A stretch of DNA of 32,000 nt, taken from positions 1,181,540-1,213,539 of the forward strand of contig NZ_ANIN01000001.1 of the NCBI RefSeq assembly GCF_000320365.1, in the 5' to 3' direction. This document shows, in pieces, positions 1-10,588 of the stretch. The first letter of the stretch is position 1; each line of letters opens with the position of its first letter. The position numbers and the translations under genes were made by a program. Below the pieces are notes generated by a model. The model saw only the letters and a list, made by a program, of their open reading frames with translations. It was not told the DNA's origin and ran no database searches. Source of the DNA: Moraxella macacae 0408225. GTDB lineage: Bacteria; Pseudomonadota; Gammaproteobacteria; Pseudomonadales; Moraxellaceae.

Positions 1-182
1 TAAAAATATCAGCATGTCGCACGAGGTAACATTGCCAAAATCCACTCAATTGCGATTAAAATTGCACCGAATGCTTTGCAAAGAGTGCGAACAATTTTAT
101 CAAAATGACAAAGAATTAAGTCGGATTATTGATGCCCACAAACAGCAGTAATCATTAGCAGTAACTTGTTGATTGAATGGTT

Positions 183-473
183 TTAATAAATAGATTTTTT
201 AATGTTTTTTAACATTTCATCTAATAAATGATTGGCATCTGTTGCAATTTTTAATTCATTTTGTAGATTTTGTGTTTTTTCAAACAAGGTTAACGCACAC
301 AGCAACAACAATTCTTCTTGTGGCAATTGAGGAGAGGTGCGTCGGATTTCTTGAATAAAGGTGTTCATGTAGCTTGATGCGTGTTGAAGAGCGGATTCTT
401 CGCCTTTTGGGCAGTTGATACCATAACTGCGCCCATTGATAAAAATGTCTACTTTTTGGTGCTGATTTGACAT
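183..473 (-). CDS. zapA: Cell division protein ZapA
   Basis: 96-aa ORF. The N-terminal block VDIFINGRSYGINCPKGEESALQHAS followed by a helical tail is the ZapA pattern. It is co-directional with an upstream coiled-coil ORF and divergent from ygfB-pepP, the conserved gammaproteobacterial neighbourhood. Confidence 0.85.
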   Translation of the reverse strand: MSNQHQKVDIFINGRSYGINCPKGEESALQHASSYMNTFIQEIRRTSPQLPQEELLLLCALTLFEKTQNLQNELKIATDANHLLDEMLKNIKKSIY

Positions 474-544
474 AAAAAATCCTTAATGGTTTTAAATTGG
501 TTTTAAAATGAATTGGCTTGATTGATTTTAATAGCTTGCTGATT

Positions 545-952
545 TTACTGGTTTTCACTGTCAATTTTGGCAAGGCGTTCTAGCACAAGTTTTGTGTGTT
601 CGGCGGCTACATGATTTTTTTCGATCAATTTTTGATTGGTTTGGGTGAGTGTTTCGATTTTGGCTTGGGCTTGTTCGTATTCGCTGCTAAGCATGCTGTG
701 CGAGTCGGCAAGCGATTGGTAACGGCTTTCTAAGTCGGCGTGTTGTTGTTCGTGAGTGGCAATCAGTTGTTCTAATTTTTCAATGCGTTGCTGGGTGTTG
801 GTTAGTTCGGTTTGTACGGCTGTCATTTGTTCACTGCTAATGCTTGGCTGGGTTTTGATACGTGCCAATTCACTACTAAGATATTGATTTTTATTGATTA
901 ATTTTTCGATATAGCCTTTTAGTTCGGTTAATTTTAAAAGCAGATTTGTCAT
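545..952 (-). CDS. Coiled-coil protein preceding zapA (ZapB-like / TIGR02449-type)
   Basis: 135-aa ORF of almost entirely Q/E/L/K-rich heptad-like sequence, with no TM helix or signal peptide. It lies 71 bp upstream of zapA and is co-directional with it. The family call rests on position and composition only. Confidence 0.55.
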   Translation of the reverse strand: MTNLLLKLTELKGYIEKLINKNQYLSSELARIKTQPSISSEQMTAVQTELTNTQQRIEKLEQLIATHEQQHADLESRYQSLADSHSMLSSEYEQAQAKIETLTQTNQKLIEKNHVAAEHTKLVLERLAKIDSENQ

Positions 953-1063
953 GATGGTGTCTTCAAAAAGTTAAAAATAAAATGAAAAAAGAAATGTAAA
1001 AATTTATGCTTTAATAATGCCACAAAAGCCCCTATAATGGCTAGTATTTTTTGTAAAATTGTC

Positions 1064-1138
1064 AAAAAACAAATATTAAAAAAACAAATATTAAAAAAAC
1101 AAATATTAAAAAAACAAATATTAAAAAAACAAATTGTT
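1064..1138. repeat. 15-bp tandem repeat AAAAAACAAATATTA, four perfect copies plus one degenerate copy
   Basis: Read directly: copies start at 1064, 1079, 1094 and 1109, with a degenerate copy at 1124. The repeat lies in the divergent intergenic region between the zapA operon and ygfB. It generates the artefactual ICFFN-repeat ORF 949..1155. Confidence 0.95.
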
Positions 1139-1232
1139 AAAATGTTGGTTGTCAAAAAATACCAGTGGTTTTGCTAATTTTAGGTTTTTGGCAATTTTAC
1201 AAGATGGTTTGTAGCAGCAAAAAGGTGAAAAA

Positions 1233-2012
1233 ATGAATGATTATTTATCAGGTTGGCAAGATTGGCATGAAGCATTGCAAGATTGGCATGATGTGTCAGT
1301 CAGTGAGTTGCATGGACTGATAACAGGCGTGCTAAGTGTGTGCGATGCTCCAACGCCCAAACTTTGGCAAGCACTGCTTACAGAGCTAAGTTTTACTGAA
1401 CTTGAGCCAAAAGCACTGAAACTTATCAGTGAAGAAGGTGAGGATTTGGCAGCATTATTGACCGATGATGAGGACAGTTACCAGTTTTTGCCTTTGTTGC
1501 CTGATGATGAACACCCATTGTATGAACGCTTGCAAGCATTAAAAAATTGGGCAAATGGTTATTTGACTGGGTTTGGGGTAACAGACAGTGCACTTCGCTC
1601 TTTGGAAAATACATTGTTTCATGATTTGGCAAAAGTTGGAGCATTGCGCATTGATGTGTTTGACGAAAATTTGCAGGGCAATGACAATCCTGAAGGTGAG
1701 TTACAATACATGGAGCTTTTGGAATTTGTGCGTATGATACCTGTGAGTGTGGCAAATGGGCGTGTGCGCAAATCAGTGGCAAAATTGCCATTGATCGCAG
1801 GGTTTGCTATGACACAAGCGATTGGTAAAACGCCTAAAAATCAACCAGTTTCTGATTTTATTGACAATGACTTGATTGACAATGTACAAGATTTTGACAA
1901 TGTACAAGATCTTGTAGATGATGAGTTGGATTGGCAACATGAAAAAGACCACAATGATGAATTTGTTACCAATATGGTGATAGATGCGATGACCGGAAAA
2001 AAGCCATCATAA
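1233..2012 (+). CDS. ygfB: UPF0149 family protein, YgfB-like
   Basis: 259-aa ORF. The blocks SELHGLITGV, ALKNWANGYLTGFGVT and LLEFVRMIPV parallel E. coli YgfB as I recall it. It lies upstream of pepP, as in other gammaproteobacteria. It carries an extra acidic repeat tail, DNDLIDNVQDFDNVQDLVDDE. Confidence 0.8.
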   Translation: MNDYLSGWQDWHEALQDWHDVSVSELHGLITGVLSVCDAPTPKLWQALLTELSFTELEPKALKLISEEGEDLAALLTDDEDSYQFLPLLPDDEHPLYERLQALKNWANGYLTGFGVTDSALRSLENTLFHDLAKVGALRIDVFDENLQGNDNPEGELQYMELLEFVRMIPVSVANGRVRKSVAKLPLIAGFAMTQAIGKTPKNQPVSDFIDNDLIDNVQDFDNVQDLVDDELDWQHEKDHNDEFVTNMVIDAMTGKKPS

Positions 2013-2049
2013 TTGCCTAGCAACAATTATCCAGCAAAGAGAAAAATCC

Positions 2050-3291
2050 ATGATTTATCCAATCACCACTTTACAGTGGCTGGCAAAACTAATCAGTTTT
2101 GATACCACGAGCCGACACTCAAATTTGGCATTGATTGACTACATCAATCAATTTTGCCAATCACTAAACCTTACGCCACGGTTAAGTTTTAACCTTGCAA
2201 AAAACAAAGCCAACTTGTTTGTTAGCATTCCTGCCAATGACAATAATGTCAAAACAGGCGGTTTTGTTTTTTCAGGGCATACCGATGTTGTGCCTGTGGA
2301 CGGACAGGCGTGGGATAGCGATCCTTTTGTTGCTGTTGTCAAAGAGGGCAAGGTTTATGGGCGTGGTGCTTGTGATATGAAAGGATTTATTGCGTGTTGT
2401 TTGGCAATTTTACCAAATATTGTTAAACTATCTGTTGAGAAAAAATTAACAAAACCCATACATCTTGCGTTATCATTTGATGAAGAAATTGGCTGTTTAG
2501 GTATGCCTTTTTTGTTAACAGATTTGCAAAATCAAGGAATTATGCCTGATTATTGTATTGTGGGCGAGCCTACGATGATGAAAATGGTTACCGCCCATAA
2601 AGGAATACAGACCTTTCGTTGTCGTGTACAGGGCAAGGCCGCCCATTCATCACTAACCGAACAGGGGGTAAATGCGATCAGTTATGCCAGTCAAGTGATT
2701 GGTTTTATTGATGATTTGGCAGAAAAATTAAAACAGCAAGAGTTAAAACAGCAAGAATCAAAACAGCAAGAGTCAAAACCACGAGATTTGGTGCAAGGTT
2801 TTGATGTGCCATTTTCTACCTTGTCAGTGGGCATGATTAAAGGCGGTATAGCGACCAATATTATACCTGATTTTTGTGAGTTTAGTTTTGATTTTCGCAA
2901 TTTGCCCCACGTTTTGCCAACACCGATCATTGAATCAATCCGTGATTTTGTTAAAACACTTAGTGAACAAATGCAAAATAAAAACCCCAATTGTTATATT
3001 GAACTTATTCAAGATTGTCAAGTGCCTGCGATGAACGATAAGGAGAGTTTGGCTTTGCAACGCTTGATTGAAAATTTGGTTGATGACAAACGCCGTCATA
3101 AAGTGGCATATGCAACCGAAGGCGGACAGTTTACTAATTTTGGCGTGCCAACACTGATTTGTGGTTGTGGTGATATTGCACAAGCCCACAAGGCAAATGA
3201 ATTTGTAAGTATTGAACAGCTAAACAAGTGCGAACAATTTTTGATAAATTTGGTAACAATGACGGCGGTAACCAATAATTATGGTAACTGA
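2050..3291 (+). CDS. argE: Acetylornithine deacetylase-like M20 metallopeptidase (ArgE family)
   Basis: 413 aa. It has the M20 metal-site blocks GHTDVVPVDGQAWDSDPF, VYGRGACDMKG, SFDEEIG, IVGEPT and AHKGI, and the C-terminal GDIAQAHKANEFV. Overall order matches ArgE. An in-frame KQQE(L/S) x3 insertion is present. Confidence 0.8.
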   Translation: MIYPITTLQWLAKLISFDTTSRHSNLALIDYINQFCQSLNLTPRLSFNLAKNKANLFVSIPANDNNVKTGGFVFSGHTDVVPVDGQAWDSDPFVAVVKEGKVYGRGACDMKGFIACCLAILPNIVKLSVEKKLTKPIHLALSFDEEIGCLGMPFLLTDLQNQGIMPDYCIVGEPTMMKMVTAHKGIQTFRCRVQGKAAHSSLTEQGVNAISYASQVIGFIDDLAEKLKQQELKQQESKQQESKPRDLVQGFDVPFSTLSVGMIKGGIATNIIPDFCEFSFDFRNLPHVLPTPIIESIRDFVKTLSEQMQNKNPNCYIELIQDCQVPAMNDKESLALQRLIENLVDDKRRHKVAYATEGGQFTNFGVPTLICGCGDIAQAHKANEFVSIEQLNKCEQFLINLVTMTAVTNNYGN

Positions 3292-3347
3292 CAATTGCGA
3301 TAACTAACAATTGCGATAACTAACAACCAAGAACAGAAGGAATCAGC

Positions 3348-4706
3348 ATGAAAATCAACCTGTTGGAAAAACTTCCTCAAAGTGAATTTGCCAAACGTCG
3401 TGCCAAACTTGCCAAAAATTTGCCAAACAACAGTTTGGTAATTTTATCCACCGCACCGCACCACATTCGCAACAACGATGCCGAATACAAATACCGTCCT
3501 GATAGCAGTTTTTTTTATTTAACAGGTTTTGCAGAGCCTGAAAGTACTTTGGTGTTACAAAAAACTGCCAATGAAGTCAGCTATATTTTGTTTTTACGTG
3601 AAAAAGACAAATTGCGTGAGATTTGGGACGGTAGGCGTGTTGGTATCGATGGGGCAATCCGCAAGCTTGGGGCAGATAAAGCCTTTGCCATTGACGAGCT
3701 TGACGAAAAAATACCGCAGCTGCTTTTAGGGGTAAAGCATTTGTTTGCACGTTTTGACACGCGTGTAAGCAGTTGGCTGGCTGGAGCAAAAAATTTGGTG
3801 CGTGGCGAGGGCGTGGTGAATGAAATTCACAACATTGATAGTGTGATTCATGAAATGCGATTGATTAAAGATAAGCCGGAAATCGAACGGATAAAAACCG
3901 CTTGCCAAATCAGCAGTCTAGCCCACATACAAGCTATGAAAACCGTACGCCCACAGCAGTATGAATATCAACTCGAAGCCGAGCTAAATTATGTATTTGG
4001 ACAATATGGTTGTGTGCCATCTTATAACAGCATCGTGGCAAGTGGTGATAATGCCAATATTTTACACTATATAGAAAATGACCAAATCATGCAAGACGGC
4101 GATTTGGTGATGATAGATGCAGGGGCGGAGTATCAACTGTACGCAGGCGATATCAGCCGAACTTTTCCTGTTAATGGTAAATTTAGCGATGTACAAAAAC
4201 AGGTTTATAATATTGTCTTAAAAGCCAATATAGAAGCAATTAACAGTCTTAAGGCAGGCGTGCATTGTAAAGTGCATCACGATACCGCTTTAAGGATTTT
4301 AACTCAAGGTTTGATTGAACTTGGCATTTTGTCAGGCGATGTAGACACACTGATTGCCAACAAGGCTTATCAGCCGTTTTATATGCATGGTACCGGGCAT
4401 TGGCTTGGACTTGATGTGCATGATGCTGGGCGTTATTTTAGCGATGAAACACAAGACGGCGAAAAACAACCACGCCTATTACAAGCAGGTATGGTGATGA
4501 CAGTAGAACCCGGCTTGTATTTTGCTAATGACAATGAGCTGATACCCAAAAAATACCGTGGCATTGGCATACGCATTGAAGATGATGTGTTAATTACCGA
4601 GCATGGCGCTGTGGTATTGACAAGTGATGTACCAAAAACGGTTGAGGAAATTGAGTGTTTAATGGCCGATTCGATTGGCAATATCGATCAACAATTAGCA
4701 AAATAA
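3348..4706 (+). CDS. pepP: Xaa-Pro aminopeptidase (M24B)
   Basis: 452 aa with the M24B motifs DLVMIDAGAEY, HGTGHWLGLDVHD, VEPGLY and GIRIEDDVLIT. It sits in the conserved ygfB-pepP context. Confidence 0.9.
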   Translation: MKINLLEKLPQSEFAKRRAKLAKNLPNNSLVILSTAPHHIRNNDAEYKYRPDSSFFYLTGFAEPESTLVLQKTANEVSYILFLREKDKLREIWDGRRVGIDGAIRKLGADKAFAIDELDEKIPQLLLGVKHLFARFDTRVSSWLAGAKNLVRGEGVVNEIHNIDSVIHEMRLIKDKPEIERIKTACQISSLAHIQAMKTVRPQQYEYQLEAELNYVFGQYGCVPSYNSIVASGDNANILHYIENDQIMQDGDLVMIDAGAEYQLYAGDISRTFPVNGKFSDVQKQVYNIVLKANIEAINSLKAGVHCKVHHDTALRILTQGLIELGILSGDVDTLIANKAYQPFYMHGTGHWLGLDVHDAGRYFSDETQDGEKQPRLLQAGMVMTVEPGLYFANDNELIPKKYRGIGIRIEDDVLITEHGAVVLTSDVPKTVEEIECLMADSIGNIDQQLAK

Positions 4707-4792
4707 TAGCCAAAATTTATAATGCTTATAAAAAGAATTTATGCTTTTAAGAAAAATTGATAATTGGTTGATTTTATTATTGTTTTATCAAG

Positions 4793-4819
4793 AAAAACGG
4801 CAAAATTTGTCGTTTTTTT
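4793..4819 (+). terminator. Rho-independent terminator candidate after pepP
   Basis: Stem AAAAACGGCA / TGTCGTTTTT with one G-U pair, a 5-nt loop and a following T-run. Confidence 0.45.
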
Positions 4820-4964
4820 GTTGTTGTGTGCGGATATTAAAAAAAGATAGTTTGACTTTATGATAGATTGCATTAAAATTTGGAATATAAAACACAAAAT
4901 GCTGACAAATTTTTGCATTTTTTAACATTTTTACAAAGTATAAATTGAAAAAAGGAGCAATGAG

Positions 4965-6377
4965 ATGAGTGAAAATCACAAATCTTCTCATGCACAATGG
5001 AGTTCCAAAATCGGTTTTTTGATGGCGGCGGTAGGCTCGGCGATAGGTTTGGGCAGTATTTGGAAGTTTCCATATATGACGGGCGATAGTGGTGGATCTG
5101 CGTTCGTTTTGGTGTTTATTGTCAGTATTACACTGATTGGTTTTCCTGTTTTGGTAACAGAATGGCTTATTGGTCGTCGCGGGCAGTCAAACCCACATGC
5201 AAGTTTTAAAAAAGCGGCTTTACAAAATAATACAAGCCCTGCGTGGGCGTTGCTTGGCGTGTTTGGACTGCTTGCAGCCTTTATGATTTTGTCATTTTAT
5301 AGTGTCATTGGCGGGTGGTCGCTTAGTTATACCGCTAAGGCAGGCATGAATGCGTTTTCAGGTTTAAGTGCTGATGCAACAGGGGCAATTTTTAGCGATA
5401 TGCTTGCCAATCCGATCCAAATGACGATTTGGCATACAATCTTTATGGGTTTTACGGCGTTTATTGTAGCAAGTGGCGTTACCGCTGGCGTGGAAAAAGC
5501 CTCCAAAATCATGATGCCTGCACTTGCGGTGATTATGGTGCTTATTGTGGGGTATAATGCGATCAATATGGATTTTGCCAAAGGCATGGAATTTTTGTTC
5601 AAATTTGACTTAGGGCGTATGCAAGAGGTCGGTGTTGGTAAAGTGCTAATGGCAGCCTTGGGACATGCATTTTTCTGTTTGTCGCTTGGTATGGCGATCA
5701 TGGTAAGTTATGGTTCGTATTTAAAACAAGATGTCAATCTGTTGGCAACTGCTCGCACGGTGATTATTTGGGATATTATTTTCTCACTTATGGCAGGCCT
5801 TATGATTTTTCCAATTTTGTTTAGCAATGGCTTGGATCCGGCTGGTGGGCCTGGTTTGATTTTTATCACCTTGCCAATTGCATTTGGACAGATGAGTTTT
5901 GGTGTGGTGGTTGGCACATTGTTTTTTATTTTGTTAACCTTTGCAGCTTTGACATCGTCTATTTCGATTTTAGAGCCAATTACTGAGTTTTTAGAAGAAC
6001 GCACATCACTTAGTCGTAAGGCTTCAGCCTTGGTTGGTGGGGTAACAACTTGGGCGGTTGGAATTTTGGCTTTGTTGTCGTTTAATGTGTTGAGTGATTT
6101 TGCGGTATTTACCATTACTGTGGGCGGTGAAGCCAAGCCACAAGGCATTTTTGATGCGTTGGATTATATTTCAAGCAAAATCATGCTGCCATTAACAGGG
6201 CTTGGCACCATTATTTTAATGGGTTGGTTTATGAATCAAAAATCGGTGCAAGATGAGCTTGGATTGACAGGTACAAAATGGACACTGTGGCAATTGGCAG
6301 TCAAATTTGTTGCGCCACTTGGTGTCATTGCAGTGTTTTTAACCGAACTGGGCTTGTTTGATTTTTTAATTAAATAA
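4965..6377 (+). CDS. Sodium-dependent transporter, neurotransmitter:sodium symporter (SNF/NSS) family
   Basis: 470 aa and highly hydrophobic, with multiple TM segments. The N-terminal motif WSSKIGFLMAAVGSAIGLGSIWKFPY is typical of the NSS family. AAGGAG at 4952..4957 lies 7 nt before the ATG. Confidence 0.9.
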   Translation: MSENHKSSHAQWSSKIGFLMAAVGSAIGLGSIWKFPYMTGDSGGSAFVLVFIVSITLIGFPVLVTEWLIGRRGQSNPHASFKKAALQNNTSPAWALLGVFGLLAAFMILSFYSVIGGWSLSYTAKAGMNAFSGLSADATGAIFSDMLANPIQMTIWHTIFMGFTAFIVASGVTAGVEKASKIMMPALAVIMVLIVGYNAINMDFAKGMEFLFKFDLGRMQEVGVGKVLMAALGHAFFCLSLGMAIMVSYGSYLKQDVNLLATARTVIIWDIIFSLMAGLMIFPILFSNGLDPAGGPGLIFITLPIAFGQMSFGVVVGTLFFILLTFAALTSSISILEPITEFLEERTSLSRKASALVGGVTTWAVGILALLSFNVLSDFAVFTITVGGEAKPQGIFDALDYISSKIMLPLTGLGTIILMGWFMNQKSVQDELGLTGTKWTLWQLAVKFVAPLGVIAVFLTELGLFDFLIK

Positions 6378-6413
6378 GCAAAATATCTAAATTTAGTTGT
6401 TAATGGTTTTATT

Positions 6414-6447
6414 AAATCTCCAAAAAATCAGATTTTGGGGATTTTTT
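6414..6447 (+). terminator. Rho-independent terminator candidate after the NSS transporter gene
   Basis: 12-bp stem AAATCTCCAAAA / TTTTGGGGATTT with one G-U pair, a 7-nt loop and a following TTT. Confidence 0.5.
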
Positions 6448-6450
6448 CAT

Positions 6451-6478
6451 TTACCAAATCTGTTCTATCCCTTATAAT
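6451..6478 (+). promoter_or_regulatory. Sigma-70-like promoter candidate for eno
   Basis: TTACCA at 6451..6456, a 16-nt spacer and a perfect TATAAT at 6473..6478, 55 nt upstream of the eno ATG. Confidence 0.4.
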
Positions 6479-6508
6479 ACCAAACAATACCCTAATTGTT
6501 ACTTTTAA

Positions 6509-7858
<1,350 letters not shown>

Positions 7859-7935
7859 AATGTTAAGTTAAACCACTTAATCATTTTATTTTTATTAACT
7901 TTTTTAATTTTAAATTTGACAAAAAAGGAAATCGT

Positions 7936-8466
7936 ATGGCAGATTTTAACCAAATTTTGAATGCAGGTGATGTTGAGGGTGGTGTTATTAATGTTGTGAT
8001 TGAAATTCCTGCAGGTTCAAGCAACAAAATTGAGTGGAATCGCAAACTGGGTTTCATGCAACTTGATCGTGTCGAGCCAAAACTGTTTGCAAAACCAACC
8101 AATTACGGCTTTATTCCCCAAACTCTTGATGAAGATGGCGATGAGTTAGATGCGTTAATTATCACAGAAGAGCCACTACCAACAGGTCTTGTGATACAAG
8201 GCAAGGTTATTGGCGTGATGAAATTTGTAGATGATGGCGAAGTAGATGACAAAATCGTTGTTGTTCCATCTGATGATCGTAATAATGGCAATGCAATCAA
8301 TACCTTAGCGGATTTACCACAACAGTTGATTAAACAAATTGAGTTTCATTTTAATCATTACAAGGATTTGAAAAAAGTAGGCACAACCAAAGTAACCAGT
8401 TGGGGTGATATTGATGAAGCCAAAGCGGTGATTAAACAGTCGCAAGTGCGTTGGAATAATCAATAA
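7936..8466 (+). CDS. ppa: Inorganic pyrophosphatase, family I
   Basis: 176 aa with the motifs VVIEIPAGSSNKIEWNR, DGDELDALI and DDKIVVVP. Confidence 0.95.
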   Translation: MADFNQILNAGDVEGGVINVVIEIPAGSSNKIEWNRKLGFMQLDRVEPKLFAKPTNYGFIPQTLDEDGDELDALIITEEPLPTGLVIQGKVIGVMKFVDDGEVDDKIVVVPSDDRNNGNAINTLADLPQQLIKQIEFHFNHYKDLKKVGTTKVTSWGDIDEAKAVIKQSQVRWNNQ

Positions 8467-8583
8467 CAGTTTTGGTTTTTTGTGTTTGGGGTGAAAATTT
8501 GGTTGAAGCTATGTTTAAGACTGTGTTTAAGCGGTTAATTTTTTAACAACAATCTTTGGCTTTTGGCAAATAAGGAGTTTTGC

Positions 8584-9021
8584 ATGAAAAAGGTATTAAG
8601 TTTGGTGATGCTAATGGGTGCATTGGCATTGACGGCTTGTGGTGGTGGCAGTTCTGAAAGTTCTGCCAGTTCTTATAAAGATGTTTTTAAAAAAGTGATC
8701 TTGCTTAACGGCAATGAATACAGTTGTCCAACACAAGTTGCTCACAATTCATGCACAACCGATGACAGTTGTAAAGCAGCAAAATGTACTTTAACCAAAG
8801 CAGTAAATAAACCGAATAATCCGGCCTTAAAAGCCTGTGCTGTAAAAGGCAAAAACATTTATGGTAAAAAAGGCGAAAGCTGTACTTTTAGCCTTGCTAT
8901 TTTGAATAAAGGTGCACCCCAAACGCTTATTTGTGGTGCAACAGGTGGTGCTTCGATTGCAAATTCGTTTTATTTTGGTAAAACATTGAAATTTAACGAT
9001 ACCACCATCAGTTGTCAATAA
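8584..9021 (+). CDS. Cys-rich lipoprotein of unknown function
   Basis: The ORF track starts at TTG 8563, but AAGGAG at 8572..8577 precedes ATG 8584. MKKVLSLVMLMGALALTAC carries a lipobox (LTAC). The mature part has 8 further Cys. No family was recognised. Confidence 0.7.
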   Translation: MKKVLSLVMLMGALALTACGGGSSESSASSYKDVFKKVILLNGNEYSCPTQVAHNSCTTDDSCKAAKCTLTKAVNKPNNPALKACAVKGKNIYGKKGESCTFSLAILNKGAPQTLICGATGGASIANSFYFGKTLKFNDTTISCQ

Positions 9022-9084
9022 GCAAATTCTTAATGTAACTTTTGGTGTTTAGATATGCAACAAATGATATGCAACAAAACCATC

Positions 9085-9118
9085 ACAAAACGACTTAACA
9101 CATTTTAAGTCGTTTTGT
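9085..9118 (+). terminator. Terminator hairpin after the lipoprotein gene
   Basis: Perfect 14-bp stem ACAAAACGACTTAA / TTAAGTCGTTTTGT with a 6-nt loop, followed by a T-rich stretch. Confidence 0.6.
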
Positions 9119-9149
9119 TGTTTAAAGGCGAGCTTTGTGAAAAACTGCT

Positions 9150-9938
9150 ATGAAAAATAAACTGTTGTTTGTGCTATATACTTTGGTTGTGTTTGGATTT
9201 GGTGGGCTGTTGACTTTTATGGTGATGACAAAAGTGCATATGCAAGCGTTAGAAACGCTGCATCAAAAGCCACAACATCAAACCAGTCAAACCGATCAGT
9301 CTGTAACCCGATCTGTAACCAGTTCTGCAACCGATGTTGCAGTGAATGATGTGTTAGCCAAGCCAAAAGCAATTGAACAAGTCATTGCCAATCAAAAGCA
9401 AAACAAAACCAATTTTTTTACCCACGATTTTAATGAACAAGCGGCCAAAGCGGTGTTAAATAGCATTTCCGATCGCCAATTAAACCATTATGTAGAACGC
9501 TTTATGAGTGCAAGTGATGCAGTTTTGATAGGTGATAAACGTCAATTTGCCAATCGAGCGATTGAAGAGCTGTACAAACAAAATGACAATCAGCCATTGA
9601 CAGGGCAGATTTTGCTTGCACCAACATCTGATTTTCCAGATGCCTCAATGAATACGCATACCATTCAAAAACGTCAAAAATTATACGCCCATCTTAACAC
9701 TTTTGGCAAAATTCCTTTGGGTGCAAATGTGTTTATCAAATGGACAAATCGCACCACAGGCGAGGTTTTGTTGTTTGAAAAAAAGCCCATTTCTGAACAC
9801 GCTACCACCAACTGGGTGAGTTATCAGCCGTATGATACTTGGCAAACAGGCACGTATGATGTGCGTTTTTATCAGTTTACATCAAGGCTTGAGCCTGTGG
9901 CACAGTTTAGTTACGAGATTTATCAGGTGTCAGAATAG
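9150..9938 (+). CDS. Membrane-anchored hypothetical protein
   Basis: 262-aa ORF with a single N-terminal hydrophobic helix, LLFVLYTLVVFGFGGLLTFMVMT. No family was recognised by eye. Confidence 0.55.
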   Translation: MKNKLLFVLYTLVVFGFGGLLTFMVMTKVHMQALETLHQKPQHQTSQTDQSVTRSVTSSATDVAVNDVLAKPKAIEQVIANQKQNKTNFFTHDFNEQAAKAVLNSISDRQLNHYVERFMSASDAVLIGDKRQFANRAIEELYKQNDNQPLTGQILLAPTSDFPDASMNTHTIQKRQKLYAHLNTFGKIPLGANVFIKWTNRTTGEVLLFEKKPISEHATTNWVSYQPYDTWQTGTYDVRFYQFTSRLEPVAQFSYEIYQVSE

Positions 9939-10102
9939 CGGTTGTTTTTACAAAGTTTTTATCAGCTTTTTATGAAATCCAGTTTTACAAAAATATTGCT
10001 AAAAGATTAACAAACATTTTATTTTACAAAAATCCGCAACAGTGGCTAATTTTTTGTTAAAATATTGCCTTTACCTCTAAAGCAAACAGCACGGAATCAA
10101 AC

Positions 10103-10588
10103 ATGGAATTACAGATGTCAAATGATAAAAAACCATTAAGTTCTAACCGCTCATTGAATTTTCAGCGATCATTAAAACAACAATCTGGTTTTACCTTAAT
10201 TGAAGTGATGGTTGTGATAGTTATTTTAGCGATCATGGCAGGTTTGGTTGTGCCAAAAGTTGTTGGACAAAGTGATAAAGCCCGGGTTAAAACCACCGAA
10301 ACCGCCCTGGCGACCACGTCAAACGCGATTGATATGTTTAAAGTTGATAATGGGCGTTATCCTACCACTCAAGAGGGTTTAAACGCTCTATTAACACCGC
10401 CACAAGGGGCAAAAAACTGGCCTGATGGCGGCTATATTAAAGGCGGTTTTCCAAAAGATGGTTGGGAAAATGATTTACAGTACATTGCACCCGGTACAGA
10501 AGGGCGAGCGTATGATCTGTTTTCTATGGGTGCAGATGGCCAAGAAGGTGGCGAAGAGGGCAATGCTGATATTTTTGCCAAACTTTAA
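10103..10588 (+). CDS. gspG: Type II secretion major pseudopilin GspG
   Basis: Prepilin-type site G/FTLIEVMVVIVILAIMAGLVVP, followed by the GspG-specific blocks KARVKTTETAL, FKVDNGRYPTTQEGLNAL and YDLFSMGADGQEGG. The leader is unusually long and the start could instead be ATG 10115. No other gsp genes are adjacent. Confidence 0.85.
   Translation: MELQMSNDKKPLSSNRSLNFQRSLKQQSGFTLIEVMVVIVILAIMAGLVVPKVVGQSDKARVKTTETALATTSNAIDMFKVDNGRYPTTQEGLNALLTPPQGAKNWPDGGYIKGGFPKDGWENDLQYIAPGTEGRAYDLFSMGADGQEGGEEGNADIFAKL

Noticed and set aside
2-151. An open plus-strand frame runs from the window edge to TAA 149..151, with an ATG at 14 (...LCKECEQFYQNDKELSRIIDAHKQQ).
   Set aside because: Only about 45-50 codons are visible and no family is recognisable. 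It could be the 3' end of a gene cut by the window, or noise, so it is not called.
1-182. A possible 6S RNA (ssrS) downstream of zapA, as expected from E. coli and Pseudomonas synteny. A 9-bp closing helix CCAUUCAAU / AUUGAGUGG can be drawn on the minus strand (172..180 with 42..50).
   Set aside because: I could not recognise the conserved 6S central-bubble features by eye. The region is AT-rich and also carries an open plus-strand frame. A covariance-model search with the Rfam 6S model is needed before any call.
949-1155. A 68-aa minus-strand ORF with the ICFFN x4 repeat.
   Set aside because: It is a translation artefact of the 15-bp A-rich tandem repeat in an intergenic region.
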